The notes beneath the pieces are model-generated. The model saw nothing but the letters and a program-made list of their open reading frames with translations. It ran no database searches and was not told the origin of the DNA. From contig JBPRGF010000017.1 in assembly GCA_051418015.1 (NCBI GenBank), positions 32,001 through 96,000 of the forward strand: DNA of 64,000 bases, given 5' to 3'. Source of the stretch: Candidatus Nitrospinota bacterium M3_3B_026 (GTDB taxonomy: Bacteria; Nitrospinota_A; UBA7883; JBPRGF01). Within the stretch, counting starts at the first letter, position 1. Every line of letters begins with the position of its first letter. Shown piece by piece: positions 36,305-45,364 of this stretch. A program made the translations under genes and the position numbers.

Positions 36305-37310
36305 ACGTCCATCTCCTGATGAGAAGCTGTGACAGGTAGTTAATGACGAAGGTGACCACCACCAGGATCAGACCCAACAGGAAAAGCACGCTGTAATGCG
36401 TGTCCCCCACTATCACCTCCGCCATCTCCGCGCCGATGGTGGCGGCGAAGGTCCGGGCGCCGGACCAGGGGCTCCAGTCCAGCACGGCGGCGTTGCCGGA
36501 GCACATGAGGACCACCATGGTCTCGCCAAAGCACCGTCCGAAGCCGAGGAGAGCCGCGGCGAGGGCTTTGCCGTAGGTGGCGGGGATTATTATGGAGGTT
36601 ATCACCTGGTAGTCGAAAAGCCCGCAGCACTTGGCGGCGCGTATCTGGTCCTTGGGGTAGCTTGAGTATATGTCCTCGAACAGCGTGGTCATGATCGGGA
36701 TCACCGTAAGGGAAAGAACCGACCCGGCCAGGAAGGCGTTGAGCCTGTAGAGCGATCCCGTCACCTGCTGCATGTAAGTGGCGAAGAACATCAGCCCAAG
36801 GAAACCGAGGACGACCGTGGGTATCCCCGCCAGCAGCTCCGTTATAACCTTCACCCCGTAGCGGATGCTCTTCGGCAGGTAGAAGGCGATGGCCAGCGCA
36901 GTGAAAAAACTCAAGACAGAGCCAAATAGCACCGCCACCAGCGTGATCTTGATCGTCCCCACGGCCAGAGGCCACAGGCTGAACAGCGGCTGGTCCGACA
37001 CCGGCTGATACACGTCCTGCCCCAGGAGGTTGTCGAAAACCTGGAAGACCGAGGCGCCGCGTTCGAACTCCTCCTCGCTCAGCGTATCGTGGTACAGCGA
37101 CATGTCGTTTCGCTGGTATACGTCGGTGAAGAGGGGGACGGTCTCCTGGAATATGAAGTAGAAGACAGCCAGGGTCATCACCACCGCCGCGGCGCCCCCG
37201 GCCGCCAGGATGACGAGAGCGGAGCGCTGCTCTATCATCCTGCGTTTTATGCTTTTCGCGGCGCTCGGGGAAGACGCCGGGGTTTCGCCTCTTTTATCCA
37301 TTCTCCCCAT
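36297..37310 (-). CDS. pstC: Phosphate ABC transporter permease PstC
   Basis: PLAVGT, ELLAGIPTVVLGF, LGFGRCFGETMVVLM.SGN, TIGAEMAE, HYSVLF. Confidence 0.9.
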   Translation of the reverse strand: MGRMDKRGETPASSPSAAKSIKRRMIEQRSALVILAAGGAAAVVMTLAVFYFIFQETVPLFTDVYQRNDMSLYHDTLSEEEFERGASVFQVFDNLLGQDVYQPVSDQPLFSLWPLAVGTIKITLVAVLFGSVLSFFTALAIAFYLPKSIRYGVKVITELLAGIPTVVLGFLGLMFFATYMQQVTGSLYRLNAFLAGSVLSLTVIPIMTTLFEDIYSSYPKDQIRAAKCCGLFDYQVITSIIIPATYGKALAAALLGFGRCFGETMVVLMCSGNAAVLDWSPWSGARTFAATIGAEMAEVIVGDTHYSVLFLLGLILVVVTFVINYLSQLLIRRWTYA

Positions 37311-38700
37311 CGTCCTCTTCTTTTCTTCCTGTGTCCGCGCTAAGCGGTATATGTATGGAGAACACGCTCCCCTCCCCCGGCGCGCTCCGGACGGAGACCC
37401 TGCCGCCGTGAGCGAGGGCTATATGTTTGACCAGGGAGAGGCCGAGCCCCGTCCCCCCCAACTCCCTGGAGCGGGCGTCGTCCACCCTGTAGAACCTTTC
37501 GAATATCCGGCCCAGGTGCGCCTTCTCTATCCCCGGCCCCTCGTCCCTCACGTGTATGGAAAGATATCCGCCGCCGCGCCCGGCGCTCACCCGCACGGCC
37601 GTCCCCTCCCCGCTGTAGTTCACGGCGTTGTCCAGCAGGTTCGCGACGCCGGACTCCAGCAGGGGAGCGTTTATGGGGGCGGAAAGGAACTCGTCGAGGT
37701 CCAGCTCTATCCTTATGTTCTTCCTCTCCGCCTTGGGGGCCACATGGTCTATGGCCCTTTGTATCGTTTCCTTGACGGGGAGCGTCTTTGCGTGGACAGC
37801 GTCCGCCTCGCTGTCGCGCTCTATCCGCGACAGGCTCAGAAGGTCCTCGATAATATGGGTAAGCCGGCCGATGTGCCGCTCCATGATCTTAAGGAAGCTC
37901 CGCGCTTTCTCGGGATCGTCCACCGCGCCCGCCAGCAGAGTCTCCAGAAAACCCTTCACCGTGGTCAGCGGCGTGCGCAGCTCGTGGGAGACGCTGGCGG
38001 CGAAGTCGCTGCGCAGGTTCTCCAGCCTGCGAAGACGGGTCACGTCCCTGATGGTCATGACCATCCCCCAGTACTCGCCGTCCCCGTGGAAAAGCGGGCT
38101 CCTCGCAAGAAGCAGCCGCCCCTCCCCCCGGGGGCCGGAGGATATCTCTTTTTCGTCCGGCCTCCCTGTATTGAGCCCTTCTCTTGCGAATCTCGCCAGT
38201 TCACCGTTGTCAACGGCCTCTTCGAGAGGCTGCCCCTCGGGCCGGGAGGCGAATATGTTCAGTATCTGCCTGGCCTTGGGGTTGAGTTTTATTATCCGCA
38301 TATCCTGGTCCACCGCCAGGACACCCTCCTCGATGGAAGCCAGGATCGCCTCGCTGGAGCGGGCCTGGGCGCCGCCCGCGGCTATCCTGCTTTCCTGCTC
38401 GCGCGCCATGTGGTTGAGCTTGTCCGCGAGCGCCGCGGCCTCCGGGAAAGCCTCCTCCGTCAGGGGCGTGTCAAACCCGCCCATGGAAAACCTCGTCACG
38501 CCCTGCGCGAGCCTCTCCAGCGGCTTCGACACCATCCTTGAAAAATACAGGGCCAGGAGCCCCGCCGCGGCCGCCGCCGCGCCGGCCGCCAGAACAAAAG
38601 CCTCCGCCGGGGACAGCGCTGCGCCTGCCCAGAGGACAACGCCGGAAAGGGCGACCATAAAAGCCGCGGCGCGCCAGAAAAACTTCCGAAAAAGGCCCAT
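37294..38700 (-). CDS. phoR: PhoR-like sensor histidine kinase (TM-HAMP-PAS-HisKA-HATPase)
   Basis: RRLENLRSDFAASVSHELRTPLT, NLLDNAVNYS, FERFYRVDDARSRELGGTGLGLSLVKH. Confidence 0.88.
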   Translation of the reverse strand: MGLFRKFFWRAAAFMVALSGVVLWAGAALSPAEAFVLAAGAAAAAAGLLALYFSRMVSKPLERLAQGVTRFSMGGFDTPLTEEAFPEAAALADKLNHMAREQESRIAAGGAQARSSEAILASIEEGVLAVDQDMRIIKLNPKARQILNIFASRPEGQPLEEAVDNGELARFAREGLNTGRPDEKEISSGPRGEGRLLLARSPLFHGDGEYWGMVMTIRDVTRLRRLENLRSDFAASVSHELRTPLTTVKGFLETLLAGAVDDPEKARSFLKIMERHIGRLTHIIEDLLSLSRIERDSEADAVHAKTLPVKETIQRAIDHVAPKAERKNIRIELDLDEFLSAPINAPLLESGVANLLDNAVNYSGEGTAVRVSAGRGGGYLSIHVRDEGPGIEKAHLGRIFERFYRVDDARSRELGGTGLGLSLVKHIALAHGGRVSVRSAPGEGSVFSIHIPLSADTGRKEEDDGENG

Positions 38701-38717
38701 GAGCCTCTCGATCCTCT

Positions 38718-39404
38718 TCAGATATCAAACCGGTATCCCACTCCCCGCACCGTGAGAAGACGTCTGCCGGCCTCACCGAGCTTTTTCCGTATCGCGGTGA
38801 TGTGCACGTCCACGGAACGCTCGGTGACCGTCATCTGCCCCCCCCGGATGGCGGAGACTATCTGCTGGCGCGTCATCACGCCGCCGCCGCGCTGTATGAG
38901 AGCGTCGAGTATGGAAAACTCTGAATACGTAAAGTCCAAAAGTTCACCGTCCAATAAAACCTGCCGCCTCCGCCTGTCGACGGTGAGGCTGTTTATGGAG
39001 ACCATCTCCGGGGACGGGGGGGCGCTCTTCCGCCTCAGGACGGCCTGTATCCGCGCCAGCAGAACCACCACGGAAAACGGTTTTACCACGTAATCATCCG
39101 CCCCCAGCTCCAGGCCCTTTATTATGTCCTCCTCCTCTCCCTTGGCCGTGAGCATGATAATCGGAAGGTTTTTCGTTCCCTCCTCGCCTCTCAGCCTTTT
39201 GCAGACGTCAAGGCCGCCGATACCCGGCAGCATCAGGTCCAGGATCACAAGGTCGAAGGCGCCGTCCGCGGTCTTTTCCAGCGCCTCTTCGCCCGTGGCG
39301 GCCATCGCCGTGGCGTACCCGGCATTCTCCAGGTTGTAGCGCAAAAGCTCTCTTAAATCCTCCTCGTCGTCCACCACGAGGACCTTCGTCTCGCCGGGGC
39401 TCAT
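38718..39404 (-). CDS. phoB: PhoB/PhoP-like OmpR-family response regulator
   Basis: LVVDDEE, LDLMLPG, IMLTAKGEEED, GADDYVVKPFS, RSVDVHI, TVRGVGY; heads the pst operon. Confidence 0.85.
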   Translation of the reverse strand: MSPGETKVLVVDDEEDLRELLRYNLENAGYATAMAATGEEALEKTADGAFDLVILDLMLPGIGGLDVCKRLRGEEGTKNLPIIMLTAKGEEEDIIKGLELGADDYVVKPFSVVVLLARIQAVLRRKSAPPSPEMVSINSLTVDRRRRQVLLDGELLDFTYSEFSILDALIQRGGGVMTRQQIVSAIRGGQMTVTERSVDVHITAIRKKLGEAGRRLLTVRGVGYRFDI

Positions 39405-39410
39405 CGTTGA

Positions 39411-39455
39411 AATCTACCAGAAAAAGAACGCGACGGATTGTTAGGTTTCTGTTAA
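39411..39455 (-). promoter_or_regulatory. Pho-box-like site plus -10 element (phoB autoregulation, leaderless)
   Basis: TGTTAGGTTTCTGTTAA (39439-39455); minus-strand TAGATT at 39411-39416, 6 nt before ATG 39404. Confidence 0.6.
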
Positions 39456-39520
39456 AAAGTTTTTCGGACGGGATATCAACGCTCCATCAGGCCGCCAGAA
39501 CGCTCCCGGGGCCGGGGCCA

Positions 39521-40369
39521 TCAGACGCTCTCCACCAGCAACGAAACATCCGCCGCTTTCGGCGAGTGGGTTATGGCGCCGACGGAGATATAGTCCACTC
39601 CCGTCATGGCGTAGGAGCGGACGTTGTTCAGGTTGATATTGCCCGAGGCCTCGGTCTCCGCCTGCCCGGCGATGAGCGCGACGGCTTTCCCGGCGCGCGC
39701 CGGGGTCATGTTGTCCAGCATGATCCTGTCCGCCCCGGCGGCGATGGCCTCGCGGACCTCTTTCAGGTTCCGGGTCTCCACTTCTATCATCATCCGCCGC
39801 CCGGTCTTCGCCCTGGCCGACGCCACGGCGTCCGCTATCCCCCCGGCGGCGGCTATGTGGTTCTCCTTCATGAGGATCATCTCCGACAGGTCGCGCCGGT
39901 GGTTCATCCCGCCGCCCGCCCGAACGGCATATTTTTCGAGGTCGCGCAGGCCGGGGGTGGTCTTGCGGGTGTCGAGTATCTTTGCGCTTGTCCCCTCCAC
40001 GGCGTCGACGAATTTTCTTGTCAGCGTGGCGATCCCCGACAGGCGTTGCAAAAAATTCAGCGCCACGCGCTCGGCTTTGAGTATCGCGCGCGTGTTGCCG
40101 AAGAGCTCGGCGACAACGGCGCCTTTGGAGACGCGCTCGCCGTCCTTGTATCGCTTGCGGATTTTGATGTTTCTGTTTGCGGCGTGGAACACGGCGGTGA
40201 AGAGGTCTATCCCCGCCAGCGTCATATCCTCCTTGGCGACCAGCCTCGCGCGGCGGACGGCCTTTGGCGGGATGGTCGCCTCGCTGGTGACATCGCCGCG
40301 CGGCGCGTCCTCGGCCAGGGCGCGTTTTATAAGAGCGCTGTCGATGGGGGCTTTCCCGATTTTTTTCAT
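39521..40369 (-). CDS. nadC: Nicotinate-nucleotide diphosphorylase (carboxylating)
   Basis: ALAED..GDVTS, ERVALNFLQRLSGIAT, DTRKTTPG, NHR, KENHI, EVE, MLDN, EASG, SVGAITHS. Confidence 0.95.
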   Translation of the reverse strand: MKKIGKAPIDSALIKRALAEDAPRGDVTSEATIPPKAVRRARLVAKEDMTLAGIDLFTAVFHAANRNIKIRKRYKDGERVSKGAVVAELFGNTRAILKAERVALNFLQRLSGIATLTRKFVDAVEGTSAKILDTRKTTPGLRDLEKYAVRAGGGMNHRRDLSEMILMKENHIAAAGGIADAVASARAKTGRRMMIEVETRNLKEVREAIAAGADRIMLDNMTPARAGKAVALIAGQAETEASGNINLNNVRSYAMTGVDYISVGAITHSPKAADVSLLVESV

Positions 40370-40459
40370 CCTCGCTGGCATCCTGGTCTGTTTCGGCTCG
40401 GTTTCATTCGATATGCTAGATTATAACGATATTCTTTGATCGATTGATAATCGCCGATT

Positions 40460-41983
40460 ATGACTGTAAACGTAACGTTGTGCGTCCCGCCGCAGGGATA
40501 CTTCGCGCAACGATGGCAGGACTCGTCCATGCCGTCGCTCGGTGTGCTGTATATGGCCGCGCTCCTGGAGCGCGAGGGAATACCCGTTCGCACTCTCCCC
40601 ACCCACGTCATGGGATGGGGGATGCCGGACATCGTCAAATACGTCCGGGACGAGGCGCCGGACATCTTCGGCCTGACGGTCACCACGGAGAACCGGCTGG
40701 AGGCTTTCGACGTGGCCCGGGCGGTCAAGCGGGCGCGGCCGGGGACGCTGGTCATCGTCGGCGGGCCGCACTGCACGGCGACGGCGATGGACACCATGAC
40801 GCACATCCCGGAGGTGGACATGGTCGTCTCCGGCGAGGCGGAGGAGACGATCGTCGAAATCGTCCGGGCCGTGGAGGCGGGCGGGCGCGCGGCGGATTTC
40901 AAGAAGATCCAAGGCGTCACTTTCCGCGAAAACGGCGAGATCGTATCCACCGGCGTCCGGATGAAAATCCCGGACCTCAACTCGCTCCCGCTCCCGGCGC
41001 GGCATCTGGAGGACATGGCGCTTTACAACTTCAAGGTCGATGTCCCCGGCAAGGGCCTTTTGCCTGCGGCGAACCTGATGACGAGCCGCGGATGCCCGTT
41101 CGACTGCAACTTCTGCGCGACGCCCGTCAACTGGGGGCGCAAGGTGCGCGGCGTCACGCCGGAGCGGGTGATCGAGGAGATCGAGCTTTGCATGGAGCGC
41201 TACGGCGCTCAGGCGATATGGTTCTACGACGATACGCTCAACTACAACCCGAAGCGGCTGGAGCGGATATGCGACATGATGATCGAGCGGCGGCTTGGGG
41301 TCAACTGGTTCTGCGAGATCCGCGTCGACGCGATCGACCGCCGGTTGTTCGACAAGATGGTCGAGGCGGGGATGTTCCACTTCGGGTTCGGCGTCGAGAG
41401 CGCGAACGAGCGGATATGCCGTGAGATCATCAACAAGAAGGCGACGCTCAAGCAGGCCATCGACGTCATCGACTGGGCCAACGAGATGAACGTCACCGCG
41501 AACCCGTTTTTCATCTTCAGCCACCCGACGGAGACATGGGCCGAGGCGCTGGAGACGCTGGAGTTCGCCGAATCGTTGCGCGGCCGGGCGCAGTGCTCCA
41601 TGGCGATATTGCACATCTACCCAGCTACGCGGCTGTGGGATCGCGCCGTCGCCGAGGGGAAGATTCCCAAGGACTTTAGCTGGACGACGCCCGACGACCC
41701 GCGCATCATCGAGCTGCCCGAGGCGCAGGGGCGCATTCCTTTATACATGGACAAGCTCACATGGTATCAGCTATCGACGATCATATTCCGCTTTTCCCAG
41801 AGCGCTTTGAAAGTAAGTTTATGGTCGAAGGTCATGAAAGCGGTGAAGCGTATTAATTCATGGCGCCGGTTCCGGCAGTACTTTATCATGGGGTTGGCGT
41901 TAGTGAGTTTGAAGTTTAAGAATTTGATCAGAGGGAAGAAGAAGGATTCCGGCGAAGACATGGCCAAAGCCGCGGAGTATTGA
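40460..41983 (+). CDS. Cobalamin-binding radical SAM protein
   Basis: PSLGVLYMAA, VGGPH, GEAEET, TSRGCPFDCNFC, FYDDT, GVESA. Confidence 0.9.
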   Translation: MTVNVTLCVPPQGYFAQRWQDSSMPSLGVLYMAALLEREGIPVRTLPTHVMGWGMPDIVKYVRDEAPDIFGLTVTTENRLEAFDVARAVKRARPGTLVIVGGPHCTATAMDTMTHIPEVDMVVSGEAEETIVEIVRAVEAGGRAADFKKIQGVTFRENGEIVSTGVRMKIPDLNSLPLPARHLEDMALYNFKVDVPGKGLLPAANLMTSRGCPFDCNFCATPVNWGRKVRGVTPERVIEEIELCMERYGAQAIWFYDDTLNYNPKRLERICDMMIERRLGVNWFCEIRVDAIDRRLFDKMVEAGMFHFGFGVESANERICREIINKKATLKQAIDVIDWANEMNVTANPFFIFSHPTETWAEALETLEFAESLRGRAQCSMAILHIYPATRLWDRAVAEGKIPKDFSWTTPDDPRIIELPEAQGRIPLYMDKLTWYQLSTIIFRFSQSALKVSLWSKVMKAVKRINSWRRFRQYFIMGLALVSLKFKNLIRGKKKDSGEDMAKAAEY

Positions 41984-41991
41984 ATGAATTT

Positions 41992-42136
41992 TCCCCTCCC
42001 TTGACGGGAGGGGACACAGGGGAGGGTGGATAATGAATCAATCTATTTCCTCCCCCTCGACGGGGGAGGTCAGGTGGGGGGTGAAGAATTTTAATACCCC
42101 CTCACCCCGGCCCTCTCCCGCCAAGGGGAGAGGGGG
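41992..42136. repeat. CCCTCCC...GGGAGG palindromic repeat cluster
   Basis: TCCCCTCCCTTGACGGGAGGGGA, CCTCCCCCTCGACGGGGGAGGTCAGGTGGGGGGTG and inverted CCCCCTCACCCCGGCCCTCTCCCGCCAAGGGGAGAGGG. Confidence 0.75.
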
Positions 42137-42149
42137 GAAGATCGCGCGG

Positions 42150-42224
42150 ACAGTCGTTGCGAGGAGCCAAAGGCGACGCGGCAATCCCTCGGTGAGATTG
42201 CTTCGCTTCGCTCGCAATGACTGT
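42150..42224. repeat. REP-like inverted doublet (GTC...GCAATC / GATTGC...GAC)
   Basis: ACAGTCGTTGCGAGGAGCCAAAGGCGACGCGGCAATC...GATTGCTTCGCTTCGCTCGCAATGACTGT. Confidence 0.75.
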
Positions 42225-42359
42225 TTGAGTGGTATAGGCTGAGTGTTGGAGCATTGAATTATGTTAGATCATAATCAGTAAAATTATTTTATGCTAATAT
42301 GATATTAGAGTAATTATTATATTTATAAAATAAAAAAGTAAATTTATGGAGCTTATTTT

Positions 42360-43067
42360 ATGGTTGATAAATGGCTTAGATTATCCAATCGCGTAACAAC
42401 TTTCTGGTATGAACCAATTTTGATAGCTGCTAATACAAGACTCTCAATAGATGTAACTAGATTAGGTAATTCCATAACTGTTAAATTGAATATTTTGCCG
42501 CATATAATTAAGCGCCTAAATGATGAGCTAAATGAGTTCTTCGGTTATGCAAGAGAGCATAAAAGTGTGCATATTTTTAAAAAGGGGATGGAAGGTCGTA
42601 AGTTTCCTGATCCAAACTACGAGAAGGCCGAGGAAGTTAGCAACCTAAAATATAAGCTCATCGCGGACATTGATTCACTTTTATTTGAATTGGAATCTCT
42701 TTGTGAATTGATGGAAGAGATATTCGTAAAGCTTTATGAGCATGCTGGGGAAAGAATAACGCCGAAAAAGGCTGGTAAAAAAGTAGCAAAAGTAATTAAA
42801 GATTCAGGACAAGAAATTGAATGGTTTAAGAAATTAAATGATCATAGAAATTTATTCATACATGAAACAGCTCCTGTTTTGGCGATAGATGTAAGCGATT
42901 CTAATAGATATGACCTTCTTATAATGAAGGAAAATACAACCAAATTTGATTTTGATGATGATAGTAAATTCATTAAGCTCTCTGACTTGAATAATATAGT
43001 TAGTGGGTTTTTAAAAGCTGAATCTACCCTTCAAAAGCATCTGATTTCTTTGTTTGAAACCCAATGA
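42360..43067 (+). CDS. AT-rich hypothetical protein with HEPN-like RxxxxH motif
   Basis: Helical; D.LLFELES.CE, then WFKKLNDHRNLFIHE (RNLFIH at 42846-42863). Far more AT-rich than its flanks. Confidence 0.6.
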   Translation: MVDKWLRLSNRVTTFWYEPILIAANTRLSIDVTRLGNSITVKLNILPHIIKRLNDELNEFFGYAREHKSVHIFKKGMEGRKFPDPNYEKAEEVSNLKYKLIADIDSLLFELESLCELMEEIFVKLYEHAGERITPKKAGKKVAKVIKDSGQEIEWFKKLNDHRNLFIHETAPVLAIDVSDSNRYDLLIMKENTTKFDFDDDSKFIKLSDLNNIVSGFLKAESTLQKHLISLFETQ

Positions 43068-44227
43068 AAATCCTCTTCCTCGCCCCTCAACCATTTTTCG
43101 AACCAAGGGGTACGCCGATTAACGTCCGGCGGTTTCTTACGGCTCTGTCCGAACTGGGGCATGAGGTGGACGTGCTCTGCTTTCCGGGCGGGGCGGATGT
43201 AAAAATACCGAACGTAAATATAAAGCGCGTCCTGAAAATACCCGGCGCGCCGAAGCCGCCGATAGGGCCGTCGAGGGTTAAAATTATCTACGATATGCTG
43301 ATGGCGCCTCACGCGCTGGCGCTGCGGATGTTCAAAAAATACGACGTTATCCACGCCGTGGAGGAGGCGGGGTTCATCGCGTGGACGATAAAAAAGCTCA
43401 CAGGAACGCCGTATATCTACGACATGGACTCGCATATCTCCGACCAGCTTCAATACAGCGGCTTCCTCAAAAACCGGCGCGCCATAAACTTCATCGAAAA
43501 ATGGGAGACCGCCGTGATGCTTGATGCGGCGAGGATCGTCACCGTCTGCCAATACCTTACCGACGTGGCGCGCCGCTACGTGGACATCGAAAAGATCGCG
43601 CAGATAGAGGACATCCCCATAGACCTGCCCGCCCCGCCGCCGGGCATAACGGCGCAAAGCCTGCGCGAGAAGCTGAACATCCCGCGGGCCGCCCCCGTGG
43701 CGCTCTACACCGGCAACCTGGAAAAGTACCAGGGCATCGATCTTGTCATGGCCGCCGCGCCGGAGATTTTAAGGGAGGCGCCGGACGTCCGGTTCGTCAT
43801 CGTCGGCGGAGATGAGAAGGACGTCGCCACGTACCGCGCCTGCGCGGTCTCGCAAGGGATCGAGGCGAGCATGATCTTTACCGGCGCGAAGCCGATGGGG
43901 TGGATGCGCCCCTTGCAGGACATGGCCGACGTTCTCCTCTCCCCCCGCCTGGAGGGGACGAACACGCCGCTTAAAATCTACACCTACCTGCAGTCCGGCA
44001 AACCGATCGCGGCGACGGACCTGCCGACCCATACGCAGATATTGAGTTCCGCCGTGGCCGTCCTGGCCAAACCGGAAAAAATGGAATACGCCCGCGCCGT
44101 TCTGCTACTATTGAAAGATAGAACCCTGCGGGAGCGGCTGGGCGCGGCGGGAAAGCGGCTTGTCGATGAAAACTACAACTATGACAGGTTCAGGGATAAA
44201 GTCGCCGCCGCGTACAGCGGATTTTGA
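43064..44227 (+). CDS. GT4 family glycosyltransferase
   Basis: MKILFLAPQPFFEPRGTPI, LYTGNLEKYQGIDL, ADVLLSPR.EGTNTPLKIYTYLQSGKPI.ATD. Confidence 0.9.
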   Translation: MKILFLAPQPFFEPRGTPINVRRFLTALSELGHEVDVLCFPGGADVKIPNVNIKRVLKIPGAPKPPIGPSRVKIIYDMLMAPHALALRMFKKYDVIHAVEEAGFIAWTIKKLTGTPYIYDMDSHISDQLQYSGFLKNRRAINFIEKWETAVMLDAARIVTVCQYLTDVARRYVDIEKIAQIEDIPIDLPAPPPGITAQSLREKLNIPRAAPVALYTGNLEKYQGIDLVMAAAPEILREAPDVRFVIVGGDEKDVATYRACAVSQGIEASMIFTGAKPMGWMRPLQDMADVLLSPRLEGTNTPLKIYTYLQSGKPIAATDLPTHTQILSSAVAVLAKPEKMEYARAVLLLLKDRTLRERLGAAGKRLVDENYNYDRFRDKVAAAYSGF

Positions 44228-44256
44228 CCAGGCCAGCAACGAACAATATCACAGGG

Positions 44257-44284
44257 GGCCGCGCGGGCGGCCTTTTTTGTTTTT
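44257..44284 (+). terminator. Intrinsic-terminator-like hairpin inside the cluster
   Basis: GGCCGC-GCGG-GCGGCC followed by TTTTTTGTTTTT, directly before ATG 44285. Confidence 0.5.
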
Positions 44285-45364
44285 ATGGGAATAGCCAAGC
44301 AGCTTATAGACCTCGCGCGCTTCAGGATGGGCGCGGTGAGTCCGATCCTCGGGCCGATGAAGGCGCAGTGGGAGCTTACCTACCATTGCAACCTGAAATG
44401 CCGCCACTGCCACATCTGGAAAACGCCGATGGAGGATATCCGCGCGAACACCCTCCCGCTGGAGAAACAAAAGGAAATCCTCGAAGACCTCGCCGAAAAC
44501 GGCGTCCGCCACGTCTCCTTCTCCGGCGGGGAGATGTTTTTGCAAAAGACGGTTTACGACCTTATCGCCCACGCCAAGAGCCTCGGGATGAAGGTCGGCG
44601 GCAACTCCAACGCTTTCCTGGTAAACGAAAAGATCGCGCGAAAGATCGCCGATTCCGGCCTCGACATGCTCTACATCTCCCTCGACGGCGACAACGCGAA
44701 GACCCATGACGAGATACGCGGCGTCGAGGGGGCGTTCGACCGTGTTTTCGACGGCGTCAGGAACCTTCGGGCGGCCAAGCCCGGCATCGGGATATTCTTC
44801 AACATGACCATAAACGCGCTTAACGTGGGGCAGGTCACCGGCGTGGCGAGGCTCGCCAGGGAAGCGGGGGTGGACGGGCTGACGGTGGAGATGACGAACA
44901 CTTTTGAAAAGTATTCCCCCAACGGCGACCTGGTCTTAAAGAACGGCCAGCTGCCACTTCTGCGCTCGCAGTTGAGAGAGCTTTTCGCCGGGTATGGCGA
45001 TCTGCTGCCGCACCCGCCCGGCTATTTCGACGAGTTCGAGACATACCTGACCAACCGCGAGGAGCTTTACAAATACCGCTGCGTCGCAGGATACACGACG
45101 ATCCAGATACACCCGAACGGCGACGTATACCCATGCCCCGTGGCGTTCGAGAAGATGGGCAGCCTGGCGGAAAAATCTTTTCGGGAGATATGGTTCTCCA
45201 GTCAGTCTGACAAGATCCGCCGCGACATAAAGGAAGGGCGGCACCCCATCTGCTGGGTCACCTGCGTCTCCCCGCTGAACCAGTACTTGAGCTACCTGAC
45301 GCCCACAAGAGCCCACAAGCTCCTCCGGCCAAAGACGCTCTCGCACATACTGCGGAAGGTGTGA
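44285..45364 (+). CDS. Radical SAM protein with SPASM/twitch domain
   Basis: ELTYHCNLKCRHC, FSGGE, ISLDG..A.THDEIRG, YRCVAG...IHPNGDVYPC, ICWVTC. Confidence 0.9.
   Translation: MGIAKQLIDLARFRMGAVSPILGPMKAQWELTYHCNLKCRHCHIWKTPMEDIRANTLPLEKQKEILEDLAENGVRHVSFSGGEMFLQKTVYDLIAHAKSLGMKVGGNSNAFLVNEKIARKIADSGLDMLYISLDGDNAKTHDEIRGVEGAFDRVFDGVRNLRAAKPGIGIFFNMTINALNVGQVTGVARLAREAGVDGLTVEMTNTFEKYSPNGDLVLKNGQLPLLRSQLRELFAGYGDLLPHPPGYFDEFETYLTNREELYKYRCVAGYTTIQIHPNGDVYPCPVAFEKMGSLAEKSFREIWFSSQSDKIRRDIKEGRHPICWVTCVSPLNQYLSYLTPTRAHKLLRPKTLSHILRKV

Noticed and set aside
11833..42224. Repeat clusters as CRISPR arrays or tRNA genes
   Set aside because: No regularly spaced identical repeats with unique spacers, no cas genes and no cloverleaf or T-loop motifs.
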